Origin: Minisyncoccota bacterium
GTDB taxonomy: Bacteria; Patescibacteriota; Minisyncoccia; Phycocordibacterales; DAORIS01
Length of the DNA: 64,000 bases
Direction: 5' to 3'
NCBI GenBank assembly: GCA_035438625.1
Contig: DAORIS010000004.1
Span: 7,497-71,496, forward strand
The notes below the pieces were generated by a model. It ran no database searches, was not told where the DNA came from, and worked only from the letters and a program-made list of their open reading frames with translations. A program made the translations under genes and the position numbers. Shown in pieces: positions 8,958 to 17,952 of the stretch (position 1 is the first letter of the stretch; every line of letters starts with the position of its first letter).

Positions 8958-10889
8958 CTAAGATGCGTTTGCAATAAGTAGATATACTGTATCGCTTCGG
9001 AAATCTTCATCAAGACCTGCTGTGAACTGTGTGTCAGCTGTTGCAGCTGATACGGCGTTGTAGTTCAAACCAGTAAGTTGAACACCAAGAGTTCGTGCGC
9101 CTGTGAATCCAGTGTTATCAAGGATAACATCGAGTTCAAGAACAGCACTATTTCCTTGTGTAATTCGGTAGTAGTTTCCTGTTTCAGAACCACCACTTAC
9201 ACGTCGTAGGATGTTGTTTCCTGTTGTTGTTGTTGCAGTAACAGTTGCTCCGCTACCATCAACTACAATGAATTCTGCACCCTGACCAGATCCTACAGTT
9301 GTTGAAGTTGTAGCACCCTTTGGAATGTAGATATCAGACTCTTCAGGAGCTGTAACTGTGAATCGTACATATACACGTCCCTTTGTCTCGTCATCTGCAA
9401 GAGACTCGTCAGCACTTGGCTGATTATCTGCTGCTTCGACTGTAAGAGCGTCTACGCTAAATGTAACGTTTCCACCGTTTGTTGTAGATGTTTCTGTCTG
9501 GTCATCGTCGTTTTCGTCAACGAAGTCGATAGAAATACCGTCAACATATACTCCAGCACCGTTAGTGAAGTTTCCGTCTTGTGAATCAACATCAACTGTA
9601 ACGATAAGATCAACTTCTTCGTCTTCCGCGATTGTTACATCGAGGTCATCGAATGTGATTGATTCTAGGCCGTCATCGTCGCTTACTGATTCGCTTCCAA
9701 CGTCTTCACCGTCGATCCAGAGAGTAGCTCGGATAAGGAAGTCAGAAAGACCGTTGACTGTTCCAGTAGTAGTTGAAAGATCAACTGTTACTTCTTCAAT
9801 CATATTGTCTCCTGCCTCTGATTCAAGCTGGGCAACGTAAATCTGCACTTCTGTAGTGTCATCATCTTCGCTAACTTCCATCTGTTCATCTTCGTTTTCC
9901 TCATCATCTACTGTGACTGAGAAGTCTCCTTCTTCAGCAGTTTCAAGAGTGAATGTTCGTTCATCGCTAGCTCCTGCAAGGTCTGCAGAATCTCCTTCAT
10001 AAACGTCGATACCGTCAGCATTCATTGCTCGGATACCGTCCTCATCGAGGAATACATCCCATTCTAGATCAACTTCATCATCGTCAAGATCATCTTGTGC
10101 GACAACTGCGATAGAGAATGTTCCTGTTTCGTCTTCTCGGACAACTTCATCAAGGTCTTCGAATCGGAGCTTGTACTCGTCATCTTCTTCTTCTGACCAT
10201 GAATCTTCGTCAGATGCGTCGATAGTTGCAACTTCTTCACCATCGTTCAAAAGCTTAACTTCATCAAGAACTCTCCATGGGCGAGTGTTGCTTGCGGCCT
10301 CTGTGAAGAGAACGTCAACACGCTCGATCATAAGATCTGAATCGTCAGCGTCGAACTCGAAGGCAAGAACTTCAACTTCTTCTCCTTCTTCTACATCCTC
10401 ATCATTTGGGTTTCCAAGGACATCGAAATCAGAGAAATCACCATCTCCACCTGCAAGAGGACCACCATTTCCTGGTGTTGATGTTCCTGTTCCCATCAAG
10501 CAAACCTTAACTCCGTTGAATGTTCCTGAAACGAAACCAGCTGGGCAAGGATTAGTTGCGCCTGTTCCGCCCACGTTCATTGAGTTAACTGCTGCTCGTG
10601 TAACTGGACCAAAGTATCCTGCAGCTGGGCTGATGCCGTTAGCTGATTGAAACTTTGCAAGAGCTGATTGTGTCAAAGAGCCAAAATAGCCCTTTGTTGT
10701 GCCAGCAGGGATAACGAGGTGTCCTTTGCTTTCTAGGAAAGACTGGAGGGCAACAACGTCAGCACCTGTGCTTCCGATTGTTAGATCGGATGTGAAAGTA
10801 TACGCAGCTGTTTGAGCGCTAACAGTCGAAGCGACTGCGAACACTGCAACTAGAGCTACGATACCTGCGAAAAATTTTCGTGTACTCAT
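8958..10889 (-). CDS. S-layer-like secreted protein with a peptidoglycan-binding domain and very acidic Ig-like body
   Basis: Signal peptide, PG_binding_1-like DLTIGSTGADVVALQSFL...GYFGSLTQSALAKFQ...GYFGPVTRA, and D/E-rich beta-strand repeats. Confidence 0.85.
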   Translation of the reverse strand: MSTRKFFAGIVALVAVFAVASTVSAQTAAYTFTSDLTIGSTGADVVALQSFLESKGHLVIPAGTTKGYFGSLTQSALAKFQSANGISPAAGYFGPVTRAAVNSMNVGGTGATNPCPAGFVSGTFNGVKVCLMGTGTSTPGNGGPLAGGDGDFSDFDVLGNPNDEDVEEGEEVEVLAFEFDADDSDLMIERVDVLFTEAASNTRPWRVLDEVKLLNDGEEVATIDASDEDSWSEEEDDEYKLRFEDLDEVVREDETGTFSIAVVAQDDLDDDEVDLEWDVFLDEDGIRAMNADGIDVYEGDSADLAGASDERTFTLETAEEGDFSVTVDDEENEDEQMEVSEDDDTTEVQIYVAQLESEAGDNMIEEVTVDLSTTTGTVNGLSDFLIRATLWIDGEDVGSESVSDDDGLESITFDDLDVTIAEDEEVDLIVTVDVDSQDGNFTNGAGVYVDGISIDFVDENDDDQTETSTTNGGNVTFSVDALTVEAADNQPSADESLADDETKGRVYVRFTVTAPEESDIYIPKGATTSTTVGSGQGAEFIVVDGSGATVTATTTTGNNILRRVSGGSETGNYYRITQGNSAVLELDVILDNTGFTGARTLGVQLTGLNYNAVSAATADTQFTAGLDEDFRSDTVYLLIANAS

Positions 10890-11420
10890 AATATTAATTA
10901 ATTTTAAGAACTGACATCCTTCGCTTTAAGTTTTAAATTAATTGAAGGAATAACAGTAATTGCGACCCGTTCTATCCTCTCTGTTTTCACTTCGACAAGC
11001 TACTACAGTTCGGTTTTGTGTCTGCGCTTTCGAGAACTTGTCGCATGCAACAATAAAAGTGCGAGACATTGACTATCCTCTACCGTATGCACTTTCGTGC
11101 ACCGACACGGCATGATGAGGAATAGCATCAGTGGGAATTGGTAAATTCAGTAATTCAGACATGGTGGGACATAGCATCAATTTCAGAAACCTCTAATCTT
11201 TAGAGTCGAAGAGGAACGACTTACTTAGGAATCGGGATATTCAATTGTCAACGAGCAATAGCCCATTATAACGACACTTTGTGTTTGTCGCTATGACGGG
11301 TAATCCCTTCCCTGTGGATATGTATATGGCTTACGCCACATATATACCCACCCGGGAGAAGTTCACCCTCTCATAACCACCCCAAAAGTCAATCCTTACA
11401 TTTCAAACGGTCTATAACTT
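10890..11420 (-). ncRNA. Candidate long structured 5' leader of the S-layer-like gene
   Basis: About 530 nt without an ORF, containing multiple hairpins and a boxA-like 19-mer at 11239-11257. Confidence 0.45.
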
Positions 11421-11448
11421 GTGACGCCTTTATAGACTCTTTCTTACA
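11421..11448 (-). promoter_or_regulatory. Putative ECF sigma promoter upstream of the S-layer-like gene
   Basis: TGTAAG-N16-CGTCAC, the same motif found upstream of the ECF sigma gene. Confidence 0.55.
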
Positions 11449-11489
11449 ACGCAAATTAGTGTTGTAGTGTTGGTTCGTCACCCCATCAG

Positions 11490-11525
11490 ATCCGTATACA
11501 TACTATATATAGTATGTATACGGAT
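11490..11525. repeat. Perfect 36-bp palindrome
   Basis: ATCCGTATACATACTATATATAGTATGTATACGGAT equals its own reverse complement. Confidence 0.9.
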
Positions 11526-11530
11526 ACGGG

Positions 11531-12250
11531 TTACTCTGGAATAGAGTACGCACTCCACCTTCTGTCACCGACTCTCTTAATAGTTCCCTCGAGGATCATG
11601 GCGTTTAACTCTCTCTGTACAGTCTTTTGACTGAACTCAGGTAGGGCCCGTGCGATGTCGGCAATAGATGATTGCCCTTTGTTTTTAAGGAAATCCACAA
11701 TCTTTTCCTTACGATTTTTGCTGATGTCCTTTATGTCTCTTATGTCCTTTATGACTTGTTTAGGAGAATTTGAAGTCGACTGAACTGATCCAACGTGTTG
11801 CACTGATTGTTGCGGGATAGTCATTGAAGAACCGAAAAACGCTTGGCCAATAGTTGCATCAGATGGCGAGAGAAGTGACTGTATTTCCAGGAGGATTTTT
11901 GAGCTCTCGGAAATGAACACATCAGCATTCATTGATGAGATCATCTTCGCTTCTTTTCCAAGTGAGACGAGATGAAACAATCCTTGGATTCGATGTTCCA
12001 AATCTTGGTACAGTGAGTGTCCGTGGAAAAATAATTTAAGGTTTTTTGCACTTTCAGGATCGAAGGCTTTTCTAACAGCGGCCAAATATGAGAGGCTTCC
12101 TTCATGAATTTCTCTACGAAGGATTTCTTTGTCCTTTAAAACTGAAGCAATCAAAAACGCCGCTTCACCTATCTTATTAAGCCTTTTTTGGATGTACGAG
12201 AGTTGCACAGATTCTCCCGAAATAACAGTGTCTTTTATATCAGAATTCAT
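11531..12250 (-). CDS. Protein with a C-terminal DeoR-like winged HTH
   Basis: RKEKIVDFLKNKGQSSIADI...SQKTVQRELNAMILEGTIKRVGDRRWSAY. Confidence 0.8.
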   Translation of the reverse strand: MNSDIKDTVISGESVQLSYIQKRLNKIGEAAFLIASVLKDKEILRREIHEGSLSYLAAVRKAFDPESAKNLKLFFHGHSLYQDLEHRIQGLFHLVSLGKEAKMISSMNADVFISESSKILLEIQSLLSPSDATIGQAFFGSSMTIPQQSVQHVGSVQSTSNSPKQVIKDIRDIKDISKNRKEKIVDFLKNKGQSSIADIARALPEFSQKTVQRELNAMILEGTIKRVGDRRWSAYSIPE

Positions 12251-12336
12251 GACTTTTATATGTCCTTAATGCAGTTTTTTTAGATGTCTTTTACAAATGA
12301 GTATTGGAGACAACGTAAGTATATAGCTGTCCTTTA
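11724..12336 (+). repeat. Cluster of co-oriented TGTCYTTTA-like repeats
   Basis: Tandem 9-mers at 11724-11759 and further copies near 12130, 12229, 12250, 12261, 12285 and 12328. Confidence 0.65.
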
Positions 12337-12397
12337 TAGTGTCAATCAAAAAAGACCGAATATGCTTGATTTCCTGATATGATTATTGTCATAGAAT

Positions 12398-14602
12398 ATG
12401 GCCAAAAAATCAGACAAACAGCGAAAAGAAACCGAGAGTATAAAATCAACAATAGGTGACTCAACATTAACGGTTATCTACGGGATAGTGTGTATTGTTT
12501 TGTCACTCTTTTTAATACTCGCATACGCACAAGTTGGGGGAACACTTGGCACATGGGTTATGGACCTTGGTCTCATGTTATTCGGATCAGCAGGGTACTT
12601 AATCCTGCCGCTTTCCTTCTTCATGTTGGGTGTTGCATTTCTCAAGCGAATCAAACAAGCATACTCATATATACAGATCATTGGCATCCTCATATTCCTT
12701 GGCTCCTCGCTTGGACTGATTGATGTGTTCTCACCAAAAGCCGGTGGATTAATTGGAGTTGGAATTGGTAGCACTCTAATTAAATTAGTCGATATTTACG
12801 CTACAGTTATTTTCCTTTTGGCTGGTGTAGCGATTTCACTTCTTTTGGTATTTGAAGGTGGTATCCCATTCCCACGACTTTTCTTTAGAAAGAAAGAAGA
12901 GGGTGAGACCGGTGAAGATGACGTAAAAATTGCTGTGCCAATTACGCCAATTAAAGTGGAGCCAGTTGTGGCACAAAATGTAGAAAAAGACGTAAATCCA
13001 AAACTCAAGACGGAACAAAAACCTATAAGAAGTTCTGACGAGATTCCACTTACAAGATTTCTTGGAACTGGAAAGCCGTACATCCCTCCTCCACTATCAT
13101 TACTCCAATCTGACAAAGGAAAGCCAGAGGTAGGAGACATTAAGGCAAATGCCAACATCATTAAACGGACCCTACAGAACTTCGGCATCACGGTTGAAAT
13201 GGATGAAGTATCGATTGGACCATCAGTCACTCGATATGCACTAAAGCCCGCTGAAGGAGTTAAACTTGCACGCATTGTTGCACTCCAAAACGATCTCTCG
13301 CTTGCTCTTGCTGCTCACCCACTTCGTATCGAAGCTCCAATTCCTGGAAAGTCACTTGTAGGTATCGAAATACCAAACCGAGTTAAGACAACAGTTGGTT
13401 CCGGAACACTCCTCGCTGACGATGAGTTCCGTACTTCTGACAAGCCACTCTTGGTTTCACTTGGTCGTGGTATTTCAGGGAAAGCACAATTTGCAAACCT
13501 TGCTAAGGCTCCCCATCTCTTGATTGCTGGTGCTACCGGATCAGGAAAGTCTGTAACTATTCACGCCCTCCTTACCTCTCTTCTATATAGAAACGGACCA
13601 GAGCAGATGAAAATGATCCTTATCGACCCAAAGCGTGTTGAGTTAACTCTCTACAACAACATCCCTCACCTTCTCACTCCTGTAATCACGGACCCAAAGC
13701 GCGCAATCATGGCACTTAAATGGGCAGCAAAGGAAATGGATAGGCGATACAACATCCTTGAAGAAAACAAAGTTAGAGATATTGATTCATACCACAAAAA
13801 CATCCTGGTACCTGAACTTGATCGCCGAAAGCGTTCAGGGGCAAAGGAAGATGAAGAACCTGTCGAGACAATGCCGTACATCATCTTCGTTATCGATGAG
13901 TTGGCAGACATCATGCAGACATATCCTCGAGAGCTTGAGGCTGGAATCGTACGACTTGCTCAAATGAGCCGTGCTGTTGGAATTCACTTAATGCTTTCAA
14001 CACAACGACCATCGGTAAACGTCATTACCGGTCTCATTAAGGCAAACGTACCATCTCGTATTGCCCTCCAAGTAGCATCACAGATCGACTCCCGTACTAT
14101 TCTTGACCAAGCAGGCGCTGAAAAACTTCTTGGCGCTGGAGACATGCTCTTCATGTCTGGAGAAATGTCTAAACCAATGCGTATCCAATCAGCATATATC
14201 TCTGAGACTGAGGTAAAAAAGATTGTGCAGTACTTGGTTGAAAACTATGAGGGTCAGGGTGGCCTACCAGTAGATATGTCACCTGAAGCAATCATGGATA
14301 AGGACGCAATATTTGAATCTAGCTTTGAAGATGACCAGCAAGAAGACGAGTTATACCAAGAAGCACGACGTATTGTTATCGCTTCACAACAAGCATCAGT
14401 GTCTGCTCTACAGCGAAGATTAAGCATTGGATTCTCTCGTGCTGGAAAGCTCATAGACATGCTTGAGCGAAAAGGTGTTGTTGGACCAGGAAGAGGATCA
14501 AAGCCTCGTGAGGTACTTGTTAAAGCTGATGGAATTACAGCAGCAGATGCCCCACCAGGTGAAGAAGAGAGCGACACGGACTCCGATGAGGGACATAATT
14601 AA
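12398..14602 (+). CDS. ftsK: DNA translocase FtsK/SpoIIIE
   Basis: N-terminal TM helices, PHLLIAGATGSGKS, IDELAD, RAVGIHLMLSTQRPS, gamma domain LQRRLSIGFSRAG. Confidence 0.97.
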   Translation: MAKKSDKQRKETESIKSTIGDSTLTVIYGIVCIVLSLFLILAYAQVGGTLGTWVMDLGLMLFGSAGYLILPLSFFMLGVAFLKRIKQAYSYIQIIGILIFLGSSLGLIDVFSPKAGGLIGVGIGSTLIKLVDIYATVIFLLAGVAISLLLVFEGGIPFPRLFFRKKEEGETGEDDVKIAVPITPIKVEPVVAQNVEKDVNPKLKTEQKPIRSSDEIPLTRFLGTGKPYIPPPLSLLQSDKGKPEVGDIKANANIIKRTLQNFGITVEMDEVSIGPSVTRYALKPAEGVKLARIVALQNDLSLALAAHPLRIEAPIPGKSLVGIEIPNRVKTTVGSGTLLADDEFRTSDKPLLVSLGRGISGKAQFANLAKAPHLLIAGATGSGKSVTIHALLTSLLYRNGPEQMKMILIDPKRVELTLYNNIPHLLTPVITDPKRAIMALKWAAKEMDRRYNILEENKVRDIDSYHKNILVPELDRRKRSGAKEDEEPVETMPYIIFVIDELADIMQTYPRELEAGIVRLAQMSRAVGIHLMLSTQRPSVNVITGLIKANVPSRIALQVASQIDSRTILDQAGAEKLLGAGDMLFMSGEMSKPMRIQSAYISETEVKKIVQYLVENYEGQGGLPVDMSPEAIMDKDAIFESSFEDDQQEDELYQEARRIVIASQQASVSALQRRLSIGFSRAGKLIDMLERKGVVGPGRGSKPREVLVKADGITAADAPPGEEESDTDSDEGHN

Positions 14603-14930
14603 AAACACAGTTATATTTTTGGGCGTCTTAGGCTTTGTGTTTTTGACCGCCTTTGAGCTACGTAAAGTTATCGAGGGACCGATACTTACCGTCGACTCTC
14701 CTTTTGATGGGATGGTTGTTTCGACCTCATCAATTGTCATTTCTGGAACAGCAAAAAATATCGCCTTTATATACTTAAATGGTAGACAGATATTTATAGA
14801 CGAAAACGGTCATTTTGATGAACGAATAGGCCTTTTTGAGGGTTACAATGTGGTAGAATTGGAAGCTAAAGATCGATTTAGTAGCGGTAAAACTCAGCAG
14901 TACCGTGTAATTTTCATAAAGCCTTCATAG
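14586..14930 (+). CDS. Small membrane-anchored Ig-like domain protein
   Basis: Likely start MRDIIKN, one TM helix, then GPILTVDSP...ISGTA..LNGRQI...GYNVVELEAKDR. Confidence 0.7.
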   Translation: MRDIIKNTVIFLGVLGFVFLTAFELRKVIEGPILTVDSPFDGMVVSTSSIVISGTAKNIAFIYLNGRQIFIDENGHFDERIGLFEGYNVVELEAKDRFSSGKTQQYRVIFIKPS

Positions 14931-14972
14931 GTCTTTATTAGGTATACATACTGCTTATAACACAATCACCAT

Positions 14973-16028
14973 ATGGCAAAAAAACAAAAACAACCGAAGA
15001 CTGACGGAGCAAATATTCAAGACACACTGAGGGAGATTAAGGCAAAGTTCGGTGAGGAATCGATCATGACACTTGGTGAACGTCCTGCGGTTAACATCGA
15101 CGTCATCCCTACAGGATCAATTGGACTTGATGCAGCACTTGGAGTCGGAGGACTTCCCCGCGGAAGAATTATTGAAATCTTTGGTCCAGAATCTTCAGGT
15201 AAGACAACTCTTGCATTACACGTTGTTGCAGAAGCACAAAAGAAAGGTGGGCTCTGTGCATATATTGATGCCGAACACGCAATGGATCCTGAGTACTCAA
15301 AGAAGCTTGGTGTAAAGACATCCGAGCTTCTCATTTCTCAACCAGATACTGGAGAACAGGCTCTTGAAATCTGTGAGAGTCTCGTAAGAACCGGTAAGGT
15401 TGATGTGGTAGTTATCGACTCAGTTGCTGCTCTTACACCAAAAGATGAAATCGAAGGTGAAATGGGAGCGCAACACATGGGTAAACAAGCTCGCTTGATG
15501 TCACAGGCACTACGAAAGCTCACAAGTATTGTTGCCCGCTCTAAAACTATTGTTATCTTCATTAACCAGATTCGAATGCAGATTGGTGTGATGTTTGGTA
15601 ACCCTGAAACAACACCAGGTGGAAAAGCGCTTCGTTTCTACACTTCAGTACGTATTGATATTCGAAGAATTGCCCAAATTAAGAAAGGAGAAGAAGTTGT
15701 GGGAGGACGCGTACGTGTAAAGGTTGTGAAAAACAAAGTTGCTGCACCATTTAAGCAAAGTGAGTTTGACCTCATCTACAACGAAGGTATTTCACAAGAA
15801 GGAGAAATGATCGCACTCGGTGAAAAACTTGGCATCATCAGCAAGTCAGGCGTTTCGTACTCATATGGAGAAGAAAAGCTTGGTCGCGGATACGACGCTA
15901 CTCGTCAGTTTCTCAAACAAAATGCAACTATAAAAGAAACTATTCTTGCAGAAATTCGAGAACGCCTTGCAAAGGGAGATCCTGCACTTGAAGGCGCACC
16001 CGAGTCTTCATCTTCATCGGAGGAATAA
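14973..16028 (+). CDS. recA: Recombinase RecA
   Basis: [35 protein letters not shown]. Confidence 0.99.
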   Translation: MAKKQKQPKTDGANIQDTLREIKAKFGEESIMTLGERPAVNIDVIPTGSIGLDAALGVGGLPRGRIIEIFGPESSGKTTLALHVVAEAQKKGGLCAYIDAEHAMDPEYSKKLGVKTSELLISQPDTGEQALEICESLVRTGKVDVVVIDSVAALTPKDEIEGEMGAQHMGKQARLMSQALRKLTSIVARSKTIVIFINQIRMQIGVMFGNPETTPGGKALRFYTSVRIDIRRIAQIKKGEEVVGGRVRVKVVKNKVAAPFKQSEFDLIYNEGISQEGEMIALGEKLGIISKSGVSYSYGEEKLGRGYDATRQFLKQNATIKETILAEIRERLAKGDPALEGAPESSSSSEE

Positions 16029-16068
16029 ACTTGTGCTAAGTAGTTTCTTGGCATAGAATCATCCGACC

Positions 16069-16641
16069 ATGCTTGAATATAATGAAATAACATTACGTAA
16101 GTACATACTAGTAGATGGCGAGCCTTTTGAAGTGCTCGACTCTCATGTATTTCGTAAGCAACAGCGAAAACCTGTAAACCAGACTAAGCTCAAGAGTCTT
16201 CTTACTGGTCGCATTATGGAGCGATCATTCCATCAATCAGAAAAGGCTGACGAAGCTGAAATTGAGAAGAAGCAAATCAAGTACATGTACACAAACCGTG
16301 GAGAGTATTGGTTTTGTGAAATCGATGATCCTGCTAAGCGATTCAAGCTTGAAGCAACAATGATCGGTTCTGGTGTTGCATATCTAAAGCCCAACTCTGA
16401 AGTTGAAGCACTTATATTCGACGAGAAAGTCATTGGCGTACAACTTCCAATTAAAGTCGACCTTAAAGTAACTGAAGCTCCTCCAGCTGTTAAAGGTGAC
16501 ACAGCCAAGGGCGGAAACAAGCTCATTACGCTTGAAACTGGTGCTCAGATCAACGCACCGCTATTCGTTAACCCAGGTGATATCGTTCGAATCAATACTG
16601 AAACTGGCGAATACGCAGAGCGTGTAGGAGGAAAGTTCTAG
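16069..16641 (+). CDS. efp: Translation elongation factor P
   Basis: PPAVKGDT...LETGAQINAPLFVNPGDIVRINTETGEYAER C-terminal signature. Confidence 0.93.
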   Translation: MLEYNEITLRKYILVDGEPFEVLDSHVFRKQQRKPVNQTKLKSLLTGRIMERSFHQSEKADEAEIEKKQIKYMYTNRGEYWFCEIDDPAKRFKLEATMIGSGVAYLKPNSEVEALIFDEKVIGVQLPIKVDLKVTEAPPAVKGDTAKGGNKLITLETGAQINAPLFVNPGDIVRINTETGEYAERVGGKF

Positions 16642-16651
16642 ACACTATCAC

Positions 16652-16704
16652 TATATAGATAAATAAAAACCCCGCATAAAGCGGGGTTTTTATTTATCTA
16701 TATA
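16652..16704. terminator. Bidirectional terminator between efp and rpsR
   Basis: TATATAGATAAATAAAAACCCCGC-ATAAA-GCGGGGTTTTTATTTATCTATATA. Confidence 0.85.
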
Positions 16705-16711
16705 ACAGAGA

Positions 16712-16912
16712 TTAACGAGCTACGTATGGAATAAGACCCATGAAACGAGCTTGCTTGATCGAATTAGTGATCATGCGCTGTTGCTTGGCAGTAATACCTG
16801 AGCGCTTCTTAGAAATAATACGTGAGTGCGGATTTGTGAACTTCTTAAGAAGGTCGACGTTCTTATAGTCGATGTGCTGGTCTTGTAGATTTGGCTTTGA
16901 TGTCTTTTGCAT
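16712..16912 (-). CDS. rpsR: 30S ribosomal protein bS18
   Basis: IDYKNVDLLKKF...KQQRMITNSIKQARFMGLIPY. Likely start MQKTSK at 16912. Confidence 0.95.
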   Translation of the reverse strand: MQKTSKPNLQDQHIDYKNVDLLKKFTNPHSRIISKKRSGITAKQQRMITNSIKQARFMGLIPYVAR

Positions 16913-16944
16913 ATTTTTTATATCAGAATTGGATACTACCATAG

Positions 16945-17400
16945 CTAAAATGGAATGTCATCTGGGTTAATGTCTTCTTCAGGATATTCGATGGTATCAA
17001 TAGGTTTGCTTGGTGAACCAGCATTTTCAGGCTCTGAAGGCCCTCTAGAACCCGCTCCAGCAGACGATCCTTCACGTCGTGGGCCAAACTGTACCCTGTC
17101 AGCCACAATCTCAGTCCTGTACTTTTTAGAGCCGTCAGCAGCATCCCAGCTTCGTGTCTGTATTCGTCCTTCAACCATTAAACTTGAGCCCTTTTTAAGG
17201 TATTTCTCAACGATCTCAGCCTGAGCTCCAAACACTACTACGTTATGATAATCAGCACTTTCCTGCTTTACACCATTTTTATCTTTCCACACACGGTTTG
17301 TGGCGATTGAAATAGATGCCACCTTACCTCCTGAAGGCAATGAGCGTAATTCAGGATCACGGGTAAGGTTTCCAATAAGAAACGCTTTGTTTAAATACAT
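16945..17400 (-). CDS. ssb: Single-stranded DNA-binding protein
   Basis: NKAFLIGNLTRDPELR, VEGRIQTRSW, C-terminal DDIPF. Confidence 0.98.
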   Translation of the reverse strand: MYLNKAFLIGNLTRDPELRSLPSGGKVASISIATNRVWKDKNGVKQESADYHNVVVFGAQAEIVEKYLKKGSSLMVEGRIQTRSWDAADGSKKYRTEIVADRVQFGPRREGSSAGAGSRGPSEPENAGSPSKPIDTIEYPEEDINPDDIPF

Positions 17401-17404
17401 GTCT

Positions 17405-17896
17405 TTATTCTACGACTAAATTGTCGATTTTTCTATCTAGGTCCTCTGCAACTTCAGGTGCCTTTTCAGCATCCTTAGGTTTTGCAGCATCTTCTACAGC
17501 TGCAGCTTCATCTGCTGCCTGAGTTTCAATGTCTTGTGGAGTCAAGAAAACAGTCTCTCTGTCCTTTCGGATAAACAAGAAACGAAGAAGGTCTTCAATC
17601 TTTTCGAGGTCATTCTTAAATCCAGCAGCCTTGTCAGATGAGAGCTTGAACACGATCCAGCCGAAATATGCAGCCTTATACTTGTTCTTTTTTCCTACTG
17701 CTGCCTTAGCCATTTCATAAGCTAGCTGGCGCATTGTTGGAGCTGATTCTGATGTTATTTCTCCACCTTGTGCAGTGATAGCTGCCTTAATTGAGTCGAT
17801 AACAGTCGTAACCTGATCCTGAGATAGGGTTGGGATTATAAGAAAGCCGACCTCATAATTAAAGATTTTGTCGGATGTCTCGGCGTTATTTGTCAT
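17405..17896 (-). CDS. rpsF: 30S ribosomal protein bS6
   Basis: YEVGFLI...RQLAYEM...AYF...LLRFL, in rpsF-ssb-rpsR synteny. Likely start at 17896. Confidence 0.9.
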   Translation of the reverse strand: MTNNAETSDKIFNYEVGFLIIPTLSQDQVTTVIDSIKAAITAQGGEITSESAPTMRQLAYEMAKAAVGKKNKYKAAYFGWIVFKLSSDKAAGFKNDLEKIEDLLRFLFIRKDRETVFLTPQDIETQAADEAAAVEDAAKPKDAEKAPEVAEDLDRKIDNLVVE

Positions 17897-17952
17897 AGCG
17901 GCTAGCGTACCACAGCCTAGAGCTAGAATCAAGCCTTTGTGGGCCAATATAC

